Virus record (IMG/VR): IMGVR_UViG_3300044641_003586
Location: 1-62,763 of that record
DNA: 62,763 nt
DNA from: a virus
Taxonomy: Duplodnaviria; Caudoviricetes
Strand: one strand, 5' to 3'
Below are positions 1 through 12,400 of the stretch, one piece after another. The stretch's first letter is position 1. Each line of letters starts with the position of its first letter. Below the pieces are notes generated by a model that was not told the origin of the DNA, ran no database searches, and worked only from the letters and a program-made list of their open reading frames with translations. The translations under genes and the position numbers were made by a program.

Positions 1-39
1 GACGAGAACCAGAAGCTCCAAGAACTCAATGAAAGTCTG

Positions 40-249
40 ATGAAGGACGACACAAAGAAGGAGATTGCCGTTTGGCGTGACAAGTTTGACGCTGCCTGTG
101 GTCGCATCAACCAACTCACGACGACCAACAACGAGATGAAGAAACAGTTGGAGTATCAGACCAAGTTGTTCGCTAACATCCGCAAGGAACTGCGTGTCGA
201 GAAGAACTCCGAAATTCTTTCCGCTATCAAGGAGGCAATGTCAAAATGA
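40..249 (+). CDS. hypothetical coiled-coil phage protein (probably 5'-truncated by the window edge)
   Basis: Frame is open from the window start; stop overlaps the helicase ATG (ATGA). Confidence 0.55.
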   Translation: MKDDTKKEIAVWRDKFDAACGRINQLTTTNNEMKKQLEYQTKLFANIRKELRVEKNSEILSAIKEAMSK

Positions 250-1736
250 GCATTCCAATCGAACTGCGCCCTTATCAGAATGAAAGCGTTGAGGGATTGC
301 GAGCTAACATCCGTGACGGCATTAAGAACCAAGTTCTTTGCAGTCCAACAGGAAGTGGCAAAACAGTGATTGCCCTCTATCTACTTGACGAGTGCCGTAA
401 CAAAAACAAACGAGCCATTTTTGTTGTGGAGCGGCTTCCATTAGTGGAACAGACATCCGCCATGTTGGACAAGTTTGGCATCGACCACGGTGTTATTCAA
501 GGCAACCATTGGAGAACGAGGCCGGGAGAGAAGATTCAAGTCGCTACCGCTCAGACGCTTGATCGTCGTGGCTGGCCTGATGCCGACCTTATCATCGTTG
601 ACGAATGCCATGTAATGCACAAGGACACGCTCAAGAAGATCGTGAAGCGCGACTCAATTACCATTGGCCTCACGGCAACCCCATTTACTCGCGGGATGGG
701 TAGATTTTACGACAAGGTGGTGAACGTGACGACCAGCAATAAACTGATGGACGAGGGCTTCTTGGTTCCAGCCAAGATTTTCGCGGCCAGTCAACCTGAT
801 ATGACAGGAGCAAAAGTTGTCGCTGGGGAGTGGACAGATGCAGAATGCTCATCTCGCGCCATGCCAATCATCGGTGATTGCGTGGCAGAGTATCTCAAGC
901 ACGGTAATGACAAAAAGTTCATCGCCTTCGGTGTCGATGTTGAGCACTGCAAGGAGATGCAGAAGCAGTTCATGGCTGCTGGCGTGATTTGCGAGCTTCA
1001 CACATATCAAGACGGCGACAAGATTCGTGAGACGAACATGATCGAGTTTCGCAAGCCTAACTCTTATATTCGTGGATTGATTTCTGTGTCAGCCCTGTCT
1101 CGCGGCCTAGATGTCCCTGATGTTTCTTGCGTCATCATGTGCCGCCCATTGCGTAAGGCATTCTCTGAGTTCATTCAGGTGATTGGTCGGGGCTTGCGTC
1201 CATATCCAAACAAGGAGCATTGCATCATCCTAGACCATAGCGGGAACTACTCGCGTTTCTTCGGCAAGATGCAGGATCTGTTTGAGGAAGGTGTCCATGA
1301 ACTCGACACTGGCGAGAAGGAGGACAAGGAGAAGAAAAAGAAGGAGGACAAGGAAAAGGAACCAGTCAAATGCCCCAAGTGTCACCATGTCCACACGCCG
1401 ATGCCAACATGTCCTGCGTGCGGGAATGTCTATCCCAAGAAGGAAACGGTCACGCATGAGGCCGGAGAACTGCATGAGGTTGGTTCCATCAAGCGCATGT
1501 CCACCGATGAGAAGCGGACGCTCTATGGGGAACTCAAGTGGATTGCCAGCAGTCGCAACTGGAGCAAGGGCGCGTTGGCGCACAAGTTCCGCGAGATTGC
1601 AGGCGTGTGGCCCAACAATTACGAGGATGCCCCTATGCTCATAGCAACACAAAAAACCATCAACAAAGTCCAACAACTTCATATTGCTTGGCTGAAATCA
1701 GAAAGATATAAACAATGGAAAGAATCCAGAAAATGA
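246..1736 (+). CDS. SF2 DEAD/DEAH-type helicase (RadD/UvsW-like) with C-terminal Zn ribbon
   Basis: Motifs LRPYQ, PTGSGKT, DECH, LTATP, RGLDVP, QVIGRGLR; CPKC..CPACG. Confidence 0.93.
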   Translation: MSIPIELRPYQNESVEGLRANIRDGIKNQVLCSPTGSGKTVIALYLLDECRNKNKRAIFVVERLPLVEQTSAMLDKFGIDHGVIQGNHWRTRPGEKIQVATAQTLDRRGWPDADLIIVDECHVMHKDTLKKIVKRDSITIGLTATPFTRGMGRFYDKVVNVTTSNKLMDEGFLVPAKIFAASQPDMTGAKVVAGEWTDAECSSRAMPIIGDCVAEYLKHGNDKKFIAFGVDVEHCKEMQKQFMAAGVICELHTYQDGDKIRETNMIEFRKPNSYIRGLISVSALSRGLDVPDVSCVIMCRPLRKAFSEFIQVIGRGLRPYPNKEHCIILDHSGNYSRFFGKMQDLFEEGVHELDTGEKEDKEKKKKEDKEKEPVKCPKCHHVHTPMPTCPACGNVYPKKETVTHEAGELHEVGSIKRMSTDEKRTLYGELKWIASSRNWSKGALAHKFREIAGVWPNNYEDAPMLIATQKTINKVQQLHIAWLKSERYKQWKESRK

Positions 1737-2716
1737 ACTTCAGAGACTTCCTTCTCTCCCTTGGCATCAATCCTCCTCAGACTTTTACACCTGGACAATG
1801 GCAACGGTGTTCAACCACGACACATCCACGCAAGAAGAACGCCAGTATCAAACTCGTTGAGACAGGTGACGTTGGATTCGCTCAAGACTTTGCTAATATG
1901 GCTGAACCCTGCATTTGGCGGCAGGAAGGAGCAACCAATGTAAAACCATTAGATCAGGCTGAGATACGCTCTAGGATCGCCGCAAAGAAGCGAGAACTGA
2001 TTGAATGCACCAAAGCCGCAAGGGAGTTTTACGCGCACAAATGCACGCCACTGCTTCACGGGCATCCTTATCTCGACAAAAAAGGATTGGATATGTCTGG
2101 TTGTTATGGACTCAAGCAAGATGAACGAGGTAATCTAGTCGTTCCCATGAGTCTCAATGGCTCGCTGATTTCTTTGCAGCGGATCACGCCAGAAGGGACA
2201 AAGCTATTTTGGTCAGGCGCAACTACTAACGGAACCTCTTATGTCATTGAGCGCAAAAAAGCCACAATCACGCTAGTCTGCGAAGGCTTGGCTACTGGAC
2301 TTACACTCTGGAATGCTGTTCCTAATGCACAGGTGATTGTTGCCTTCAATGCAGGCAATCTTGCAAGGGCAGTCGTTCATCACGACATCAGTGGTCTTTG
2401 CGTTGTCTGCGCTGATAATGACCATGAAACCCAGCAGCGCATTGGTAAGAATCCCGGTGTAGATGCAGCCACCCTTGCTGCGGATGCTATCGGTTGCGAC
2501 ATTGCCGTTCCTGAGTGCGTGAGTGGCACTGACTTCGACGACTGGAGGCAGGAGCTACTGGCGAGCGAGCGGCAGCAGAACTTGTTCCGCAAGTGGAAGC
2601 TCACTGACAACCAGATGCGCTCCAATGCTCTTGCCACGATCAAAGCCTGCATTTCTGCACGACTAAAATTCATAAAAACCAAACATCCGGTCTATGACTC
2701 CCTTATTGCTGCCTAA
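1733..2716 (+). CDS. TOPRIM-domain DNA primase
   Basis: HPYL..KG, LQRI..G.K, CEGLATG, AFNAGNL, CADND, GTDFDD; ATG 1733 overlaps the helicase stop. Confidence 0.88.
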   Translation: MNFRDFLLSLGINPPQTFTPGQWQRCSTTTHPRKKNASIKLVETGDVGFAQDFANMAEPCIWRQEGATNVKPLDQAEIRSRIAAKKRELIECTKAAREFYAHKCTPLLHGHPYLDKKGLDMSGCYGLKQDERGNLVVPMSLNGSLISLQRITPEGTKLFWSGATTNGTSYVIERKKATITLVCEGLATGLTLWNAVPNAQVIVAFNAGNLARAVVHHDISGLCVVCADNDHETQQRIGKNPGVDAATLAADAIGCDIAVPECVSGTDFDDWRQELLASERQQNLFRKWKLTDNQMRSNALATIKACISARLKFIKTKHPVYDSLIAA

Positions 2717-2818
2717 TGCGCTCCGGCGAGAGGGGGATGGTAAGGGGGATTTTCAGAAAAATCCAATACTCTCTTAACAAAGTGAATTGGTAATCTATAA
2801 CGAATAGGCATAAGCCCC

Positions 2819-3460
2819 TTACCGCATCCAACAATGTTCAGGCCATTGCTCTCGATACTCTGGTTCATCCATTGGTTCTTTAGGACACCAAACTTTCATT
2901 TTTAGATCGCAATGACAGATCCCACAGTTTTTTAACTGATGATCGTTTGAAGTATGTTGCGAGGTCAGGAATTGATTGATGCTGCTCACTAAACCTCTTG
3001 TTGCGCAAGTCACACAAAACTCAGTAACTCTGTCTGTGTTTTTCGGGCATGAAGCACAAATAGCAGCCCTGCGTTCTGCTTCTTCTTGATTGACCAGATT
3101 ATTAGCCAAGTAAGGCTCAATAGCAGAACGATAAAAGCGGTTCATCATCTGCCAGGCACTCACTTTGCGTTCTTGTTCAGGATCGCGTTCTAGGCACAAA
3201 TCTGGACGATACTGGCAAAAGGCTGCGTGCATCGCAAGCCCAAGGTTAACGGGGATTTGCACATTGTTTCCCTTTAGATGGGCCTTGACCTGCCTGAACA
3301 GTTCAACCCATGCCATATTCACAAAAACCGTGTTTGTGGCTTCTACATGGTAAAAGAAACCATAGGTATCACCTGTGATGATGGCCGTTGGAAACATTTC
3401 TTGTAGGCGAGCATGGGTGAACTCGCGGGGGATTTCAGTGCGGCGGATTAGCTCTTTCAT
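2819..3460 (-). CDS. hypothetical protein with Cys-rich Zn-binding C-terminus
   Basis: 213-aa ORF coupled to the giant gene; CASCPKN, CVTC, CGICHCDL..K. Confidence 0.7.
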   Translation of the reverse strand: MKELIRRTEIPREFTHARLQEMFPTAIITGDTYGFFYHVEATNTVFVNMAWVELFRQVKAHLKGNNVQIPVNLGLAMHAAFCQYRPDLCLERDPEQERKVSAWQMMNRFYRSAIEPYLANNLVNQEEAERRAAICASCPKNTDRVTEFCVTCATRGLVSSINQFLTSQHTSNDHQLKNCGICHCDLKMKVWCPKEPMDEPEYREQWPEHCWMR

Positions 3461-6400
3461 GGTGTAGCTGTGCGACTACGATACCCGCGATACACTTTCT
3501 TCAATGCCCGATCACGAATTTGATCGGCTTTATCATGTAAGAAGGCTTTGGCGCGTTCAGGGTCCATTTGCAAGGCGCGTGGTCCATAGCGTAGAATCAT
3601 CGCTTTATAGCCCTTTCCAGTCTCAAAAGAATAGGCATCAGCTTCTTCTTGAGTCAGGCGACGACGATTGCGACCTTTGCCGACCATCCGGTATTCAGCG
3701 TTGGCTGGTGTAAGCCAGATGTTGCGGGAGTTGAGAGCACCAAGGATCTGATAGACAGGTTCAGTCTTTCCAACAAGGAACTCGCGAGAGCCTGGCAAAG
3801 TGTTGGCCTTGATTGGATCTCCAAGGATATTGTAGTAATCCTCGCCTACATAGCGGCGATAGAATGGGACTTTTCCAGCAAACTTCTCCCAGATGGTTGT
3901 GTATTTGCGACGATTATCGTCCAAGATGTAATCCACATCCATGAATGGTTTTGGAATGAAGCCACCAACCCAATTTGCTGTTGTGGCACCAATGTTCTCC
4001 CAGAACTGCTCTGTTGGATCACTGGACGATACTGAACGACCCATGAGAGTTCCAAGTCCTTGAAGGGCAGGCAAGTCAAGAGTTGAGGACAAACCAGATG
4101 CGGCAACGGATAGTGCTACATCCAATTTGGATTTATCGTTCCACTTGTCAGGCGAGAAGCGGATAATGTCAGATATAGCTCCAACAGCAGCAAACAGTTG
4201 GCTATATGGGGAGTTCTGGTAGTTCCAGACATACCATTTACCACCAATCTTAGCACCAAGTCGGTATTCCAGTTTGCCGCTTTCTTGAAGCTGCCTGCGT
4301 TTATCCGTAGGGACGTTCTTCAAGCCACCATTGATGAAAAATCCGCGTTCTTCATCATCAGGCTCATCTGCGATAGCTCGCAGCAAAATAGAACCAGCCC
4401 CCACAAAAAACATACCAACCATCTGATTGCGCTTAATCATGTCGTAAAACGCTTCTTTACGATCAGCCAGTTGATTGTTGCTGGCCTCCCATCCGCGAAG
4501 TATTCCAACAAACGGAATGAAGCTCAATCCTTGATTAAATTTATTGCTGGCAAATCGGGCGAATCTCAAGCCGATCATGTTGATTGCATTGTAGGCAATA
4601 AAGTGAGCGACAAACATTCCAGCCAGCTTTGCGTTTTCAAGCGACATCGGCCCAGCAACAGCAGCTTTGAGCTTTTGTTCTGCCAACTTACGGCGCATGA
4701 ACTCTTGCACTTCAACATCTGCACTGCGAATCTTGTTGTAAACGATTCCGCCAATGCCAGTTGGATTCATTGTCATAGCGGATTCACTCGCGAAGAAGTC
4801 GGCATTTTCCAACTTTGCCCCTTCTTTGTTCATTGCCTCATACATCATGGCTTCAGCCGTTGCATTGAGAAGCGCTCTTTTCTCAGAGTTCATCTGAGCA
4901 AAGTATGGATCTGAAGCAAGAATCTGTTGGCGATAATGCTCCAACGAAGCCTTCTCAAGAATGCGTTGATGATCTTCAGGATTCTTTGTCCCTAGTCGAA
5001 CTGCCATTGATAGCATTCCACGCTTTGTCAAAATGGTGTTGAATCCATCAAGAGCAGTCATCATTCGGCTAATCATAACCGAGAATTTACCCATCCATTG
5101 AGTCACCTTCTGGGGATCATTAGCCATTGCTTCAGCCACCTTGCGATAACGAAGCACGTCAGCCCATCCACGGAAGATGCGATCTGGAGCAGATGCTTCG
5201 CTTTCAAGGAACTCGACACGACCCGTATTCAAATAATGCCATGAACGCTCAAGTGCTTCTGGAAACGCTTCAATGTAACGCTTAATGTCATTTAGTGAAT
5301 CAAAAGTAGAGTAGAAAGCCCCTTTGAAATCGCCATTTATCAGATTCGACATGATCTTCATTGGCAGATTGACCATGATGATATTGGCCCCGTTTAAGAA
5401 AGCCAAGCCAATCGCAATCATCGTATTCCAACCAGCCAAGACAGAACTTGTCCAGAATGCAGATAGACGCTCACTCCAACCAACCTTTGTGTCATTGACC
5501 AAGGCAAAGGCTAGGTCATTAGCTGCTTGATTTCTCTTGTTCTTGGGAAGCGTTTCGTCTTGAAGAATATCAACGAGCCTTTGAATATTCTCACGCTCTG
5601 CTTCTGTGAGTTCCATTTTGATGCCAAACTTCTCGCCCAATATGCGCGTGAAAGCATCATTGCTAAGAGCATTCAAATTCAAATGCTGGATAACCTGCAA
5701 ACGAGTCTTGTTTAGAACATCACCAGCATGACGGCGTTTAGCCCTGTCCAACTGTTGAGTATAGTTATCAATGATTTGATTGACTACCTTATCAAGTTGC
5801 TGCTGCCACACATCAGCGAACATATCCGCTAAGCGTTCTTTTACCTCTGAATCCACACTAGCTAGGTCTGGATTTGCCATAATTGCATCCAGAACTTTTT
5901 GGCGATATTCCGCAACAGATTTAGCTGGCTTACTAAGCAGCTCTTTCCAAGGAATTGGGCTACGCAATGGGACTTCAAGTCTGGTGCGAACATTGCGAAT
6001 TTCATCCAACATCTTTTGAAGTGCTCTTGGGCCTTCAATCATGTCGAAGACTCTAGTGCGCTGTCTATCGCGGCGTTCGCGAGCTGCTGTGTTGAACAAG
6101 CTCTCAGCTAAATCAAATGTGACTCCCAACTTATCAAGACGTTCAACAAATGTTTTCAGATCTGTCGGTGAAGAAACTTGATCGGTGAAAGCGTCAATAA
6201 CTGTATCTCCATCAACTTCTTTTTCGAGAGCATCTGGTCGAATATCACCCCTAGTATAGATGATTCTTCTGGCCTGATCTTTTCTCATTTCAACCGAACG
6301 GACGGCAGCACGGGAGGCAATATCAAAGTATTTCTTTACCTGTTTTGGCGTGAGATTGAACCTGGACAGCTTTTTGGCAAAATCATCCATCGAAACAGGA

Positions 6401-9400
6401 TTATCAGCCTGCTCAGCGACAAGGTTGGAGATTTCCAAGCGGTTTTGTTGCTCAATCCTCCACTTGGCAATCGCTTCATCTATTGCCTTTTCAGCAAGTT
6501 GACGACCTGTGTTTCCAGTCTTGTTCCACCCTTGTTCGGTAAGATTTTCATTTGCAGCAGCTTTGTCAAGATGAGCCATTAGCTTATTTTTTGCTTGCTT
6601 AGAAATCTCTGGTCTAGGATCGAGAAGATCCTCGCGTGAAACGCCAGATTCCTCCATTGCCAACGCAATCGCCCTTTTAGCTGCGGATGGAGAAAACGCC
6701 AGCGTTGGAGTCGGCGGCATAATTTTATTAAGCTCTGAATCCAACTCTGATTCTTCAATTCCAATTTCAGCCAACATCTCACGCACTTTCTTGCGTCCCT
6801 CGCTCCAAGAAGAAGCATAAACGCGAGCTTCACTCACTTGTTGGGCAAATGTCATTGCCAACATGCGTCCAAGCGAATCAGCATCAGTGGTTTTATCCAC
6901 CTTAATGTTAGCCAACAACGTGCGTTTAATGCTCGCAATAAGTTGCTGAATGCTAGAAATCTTTGATGGTTTTGCCATTGCTTGCTTAGCTCTTTTGAGA
7001 AGGGCATCAGCAACATTATCTACAATTTTCTCGCGAGTATCGTCGCCAGGCTTGAACAAGTCAGCCATTGCTTCTTCAATAGTGACTTGAGTGAATGTTA
7101 TATCTTCACCTTTGTTGGCACGATCAGTTGCAACATTGATAGCGGCATCCACTTTGGCTTTAACATCTTCTCTACCAGAAAGGCTAGAGTTGAGCTTTTT
7201 AAGTGCAGCGGACAGTTTAGCGTCAATCTCTTTTTCAAGAGCATTGGCTTCCTCATCCGACATCGCCATGATAGCATTGTATTCTTCATCTGAAACAATG
7301 GATGCCATTGCTTGATTGCCTGCACGGATGAGTTTGCGGCGATTGATGATGGCTTTGATTTTTAGGAATGACTTAATACTTTCAAAAGTATTTTTATCTT
7401 CTCCAGAAAGAGCTTCTTGGCCTTCTCGGAATAGCGCAGCATCTCGATCTTCTTGCGCCTGACCTTCAACCTCATTTGCAGTTGAATCAGAGACTCCTTC
7501 AACAGACCTGCGAAGCGATTCACCAATTTGAATGCTGACAGACCCTCCCATTTGAGAGTCGATTGCATCGACAGCGTTTTTCAACGCATCAGCCTTCCAA
7601 GAATCAAGCATCCAACCATATTTGCCATTGGTGGATTCCCAAGCACGATAGCCCATGACTGTTCCGCCAATCGTTCCAGAACCTTCATAGTAAGTGGAAA
7701 CATTGGTGTAAGCGTCATTGAGTTTAATGCGAGTTACATCATCCTTCGTTGTTAGAAGTGCTGAGTAAATCTTCGCATTCAACGGTCCCGCAACAGCTTG
7801 AGTAGCCAATAGCTTTTCTTCTGTTCCAGAATCAGCCATGTATTCATTGGCAAATGATGGATTCGTGATGGTATTCGCAATTTCGATTAGAGCATCGGCA
7901 TAAGACTTACCTTTTGCTTTTTGAGCGCGAATCATTTGATTCACGAAATCTTCAGCAGACTTTCTGACACCGCGATAATCAACGCGAGCATGAGTCTTGG
8001 GAGTTACACCAGTAAATGATAATCCTTCGTATGGAGTTTGTTCTCCTTCTGTTACAGATGCTTTCAGATCACTTGCCAGCTTGCTTGCAATTTCTGGCAC
8101 TTCGTTAGAAGGAATCATCGAAGCCATCGGTCCTTTGCCAAGTAGCACAACAGAGCTAACGCGATCACCGTCTTTATTGACCACCGAGAAATCACTCTCG
8201 CCTGCATTCAGCAAAGCAGAGTTGTTCTGATACATGGTCTGAACAGCCTCGCTGAACTCTTGCTGAGTCATGTCTGGCAGAGCTTCTAAAGCAGCTTGGT
8301 AAAGCTCGGAAAGCGGGACGGAATGACGCCCAGGCTTGCGAGACATGTTGTATGCACCTTCCAAAGCGGAATAAACATACATTTGGCGAGGCGTGAACGT
8401 CACCATTGACGCTGCCATCTGACCATTTGCGTAAGATGCCTCAGACTCGCTGGAATGAACGATTGGCAGAGAGAGACGGATGTCCGGCGATGTCGGCTGG
8501 AAGCGTTGCGAGGGAGGGATGATGTTGCCTGCGTTGTCTTGCACAGACACCGGTAATTTCAACCCCCCCTGCTCACGCTCATCGAAATCTGTGTTATAGG
8601 AATTAAAAACCGCCCAATCTTTGAGATTATTTCTCTGCGTGCGATTTAGCGGTCCTCCTTCGGTCATAACCATGTTTTCTTCCCAGCGGAACTGCCCTGC
8701 TTTGATTGCTCTTACTATGCGCCAGCCTCTCCCAAAGGCATATCCAACTCCATCATCGAGGTTTTTTGCTTTGAAAAATTCCTTGGCGAACACCGAATGG
8801 TTGTCCACAGGGATGATTCTTCCGTCTGGAAGAATCCAAACACCATAACCTTCCATACCACGGTTGCGTGCGCCTAAAGTTCTGTTTTCGACATCAAAAG
8901 CGCGTGAAGCCTTTTTTTCAGCAGCCTTCGCAGCCTCATCCACCATCCGCCGTGCCTTCTCCATGTCGCCAGCCTCAACCGCCGCGAGGTATTCGGCGTC
9001 TGTTGCGGGGGCAGCCATGCTCATCTGCGCTCCACCGCTACCGAACATGACAATCGCATCTTCTGGCGCGATGTTCTCGCTGGAGTAAGGCGCGGTTGCA
9101 GCGCGTTGCTCGTCGGTCATTGATTGTCTGGCTTGAACATCGCGGGCTTCGATTTCGCCAGCGAGACTACGATAAACCATATCAAGCCCTTCATTGCGCT
9201 TATTAAGAAACCAAGAGGTTCCAAACCGATCTTCAACGCGATTGATTGCAGAAAGCAAAGCAGCACGAACTGAGCCTTTGTCTAAGGATAGATTTTTCTT
9301 TTGTGCCGCCCAAATTTCATTAACTGTTTTTTGAATTTCTTCAATGCGATCATTTAGACTTTGAACAGCTTTTTTGTTCGGGCCACCAAAACCCAAAAAT

Positions 9401-12400
9401 CCGGTTTTTTCTTTCTCCTTTCGAACTTCGTCAACTAATGCAGCAATCTGCTGTCGGTATTTATTGATGGCTTGATAGGATTGACGGAATTTAACCGCAT
9501 CCAACAAGTCGGCCTTTGTCAGTAGGTTGTCTGGAGAACCACCTTTGGCGAAGCCTTCATTATTTTGTATGTAATGCTGAAGCTCATGGAGGATAGTAGA
9601 TAGTGACTCATCACTAATCTGGTCACCATCAAGTGTGACAGTGGCAGTAATAATACTGTTGCCGTTGACGGCACGATGCGATCCTTGAACAATATTTCCA
9701 CTGATCGGGAAAAATGCTATATTAGCTGCGTCAGGATATGCCTCAAACAACAATGGATGGTTTAAAACATCCGATATTTTGAGATATTGACCAGATTCGA
9801 GTCTGTCCACGACCTCTTTCCAAGGGAGGTGGCTAAATGCAGGTCCGCCATAAACCTTGGTGGATGCCTCGCGGAATGCCTTAGCATCAATGAAGGAGGC
9901 ATCATTGTCCGGCACTTCCCATCGCATCTTACCATCAAGTCCAGGGAACCAGCCCGTAGCAGCACGGATTTCCTCGCTGCTCTTGCCAGCAGCAGCCATC
10001 GCCTTCGCTGCATCGAGCGAGTCACGCATGAACTGACGGCGTTCTTCAGGAAGGTTCTCAATGGCTTTTTCGCCAATAAAACTCATCATCACATTCCCAC
10101 CATCTCTCGTTTGGTCAGTTGGAGTTGTTAAAACTTGCCCGTTTTCCTCCAGAATCTTGACTAGGTTCTCGTCAAAGATGACGTAGTTCCGCGTACCCTC
10201 TTGATCCTTGCGAATCAAGTCAGACAAAGCCTGTTCAGCGTAGCGTAGTGCGCTCTGATTAGTCGCGGACGGGTCGCGTTCAACGTCAGCTTTGCGGGCG
10301 GAGACTTCCGCCTTTCGAGCGCGAATTTCCAAAGGAGAAACGCGACTTTGCCCGTCAGCGTAGCGAATGCCGGGGATGCCGAGGGATGCGAGGTATTCGG
10401 AAGCTGCTTTTGCGGTATCTGTTGGCGTTGCTCCATTGCCACGAACACCTCGAATCAAATCATACAATCCCGATCCACTAGCCGTTGCGTCATTCAGCCA
10501 CAAATCAATCAGGTTTTGAACATTTACTGGCGCTCTAGGAATGCCCAAAGCAACGGCTTTTTCCCGTTGAGACATCTCCTTTCCTTCCATCTCAGCTTTC
10601 ATTTTACCCGTAAGGTCCGAAAGTAGGTCAAAAAAGACTTGCTGAACTTTTTCTGGCTGCTCACTCAGCGGCTTGTCCCAGTCTAAAAACTCGTCGGCGT
10701 CTGGCAGGAGTTCGACGGTGTAGAGGTTACCTCGTTCTTGGCCTCGCGCTTCCCGCATACCCCATTCAAGCGCAGCGGTTGAAGCCTTTGGATATGCAGA
10801 GCGCAAATCTTCGAGCGTCACTTTGCCATTGGAGGCAATAAACGATTTTGCCGCCTCGGTAAATGCAGAGTCGTAATCGTCAGGCTGACGCGGACGAAGC
10901 TGCTCTTGATAGGTTTTGGCCACCCTCTCACTTTCCGCAAAGTAAAGCCCCCATCCGTAAGCCTGCGCACCCTCGCCCGTGCCGATCTTGGCCGTTGTGA
11001 ACTTGTCCACCTTGTGCGGCGTTCCGTGATATGCGCGAACGCTCAACAGCACATTCCCACCGTCTTTTGTTTGATCGGCTTGTGCTTTTGTAGAGCGAAT
11101 CAAACCATTGCGGACAAGTCGCATGACATCCTTCATATCTTTGACCGTTGGCTGATTGCGCTTGCCAGTGATCCTGCGCCAGATTGCTGTCAAAAGCTCA
11201 AAGAATTGGCCCCAGATGCCATCCTTGGGAAGCACAGTGGATTGATCGAGTTTCTGATTTACGATTTCTTCAATCGCCTGGAAATACAACCTTGGATCAG
11301 AACGCCAGTTGGCATACTTAGTGTAAGTCTTGGCTAAGTTGTCCAAGGCTTCTTCACTGAAGATTGTCGCAAGGAATCGGCGCATTGCCACCATCTCACT
11401 TGGAGTCAAGTGCAGCATCCCCTTATGGATGTTCTCATGGCGCAACACACGCCTTACAGCAGCTACTTGAGGCGAAATGCCTAGCTCTTGAGCCGCTTTA
11501 CGGTCAAGATCGTAAACCACTACTCCATCTGTAAAAACAAATGGCGTGTTTGTCGCATCGTCGAAAAGACCTTCAATTTTCTTGTTGGTTTTAAGCGCAT
11601 TCCAAACTTGAGGATACAGTTGCTCATTACGAGGGTCAGCCAAAAATTCTTCGCGTGTAGTGACAACAGTGAAGAAGACATTAGGAAGCTCCTTGCCATC
11701 CTCAATTAGCCGCATGGCTTCATTTGCATCTTCTCTTGTGACTGTTCCAAAAACAGGATTGGTTTTCGTTCCAGCCTCAAGACTATTAAGAGCCTTGAGG
11801 TTTTCGTCCGAGTCTTTCTTTTGCTGCTTCGCGTCCTCCTTGTTTTGAGCCAAAGATTGAGGAGTTGACAAAGTTTCAGTTTCAGGTGAAACTTCGTCAA
11901 CCGTGGGAATCGACCCTTCCACGGGTTCAGCCTGAACAACACCGGGACCCCCCGCACCTTCGCGCAAGGGTGCGGGGGATGATTTTTCAGCTACAATGGG
12001 TTCAGCCACAGGCGCAGTCACCCCCTCAACTTCCGCTGCTTTCTCAGTAGGAACGACTTGTTCCGCATCAATCTGAGCCTTCCTTTGATCGGCAGTTAGC
12101 TTGGGTTTCTTTGGCATTTGCTCAACGCCAACGTCAGTAATAACAGGACTGCCTTTGTAAATTTCAACAAATCCCCTATTCACAAGGGCATCAATTTGAT
12201 CCTGACTTGCTGTATTATTATTAACAGCTTTAAGGTCTGAAGCATTGCTGGTGTTCTCAGCCTTGAGTGGCTTGTTTGGATCAAAGCGTTGCTCGCCAAA
12301 CTTGGGGCCAGTTAGGATAAGGGCAGTTGGATAACCATCCTCATCGTATTCATAGGTGACACGCATCTTGTCGTCTCCTACTTGGACGACATCGCCAATA

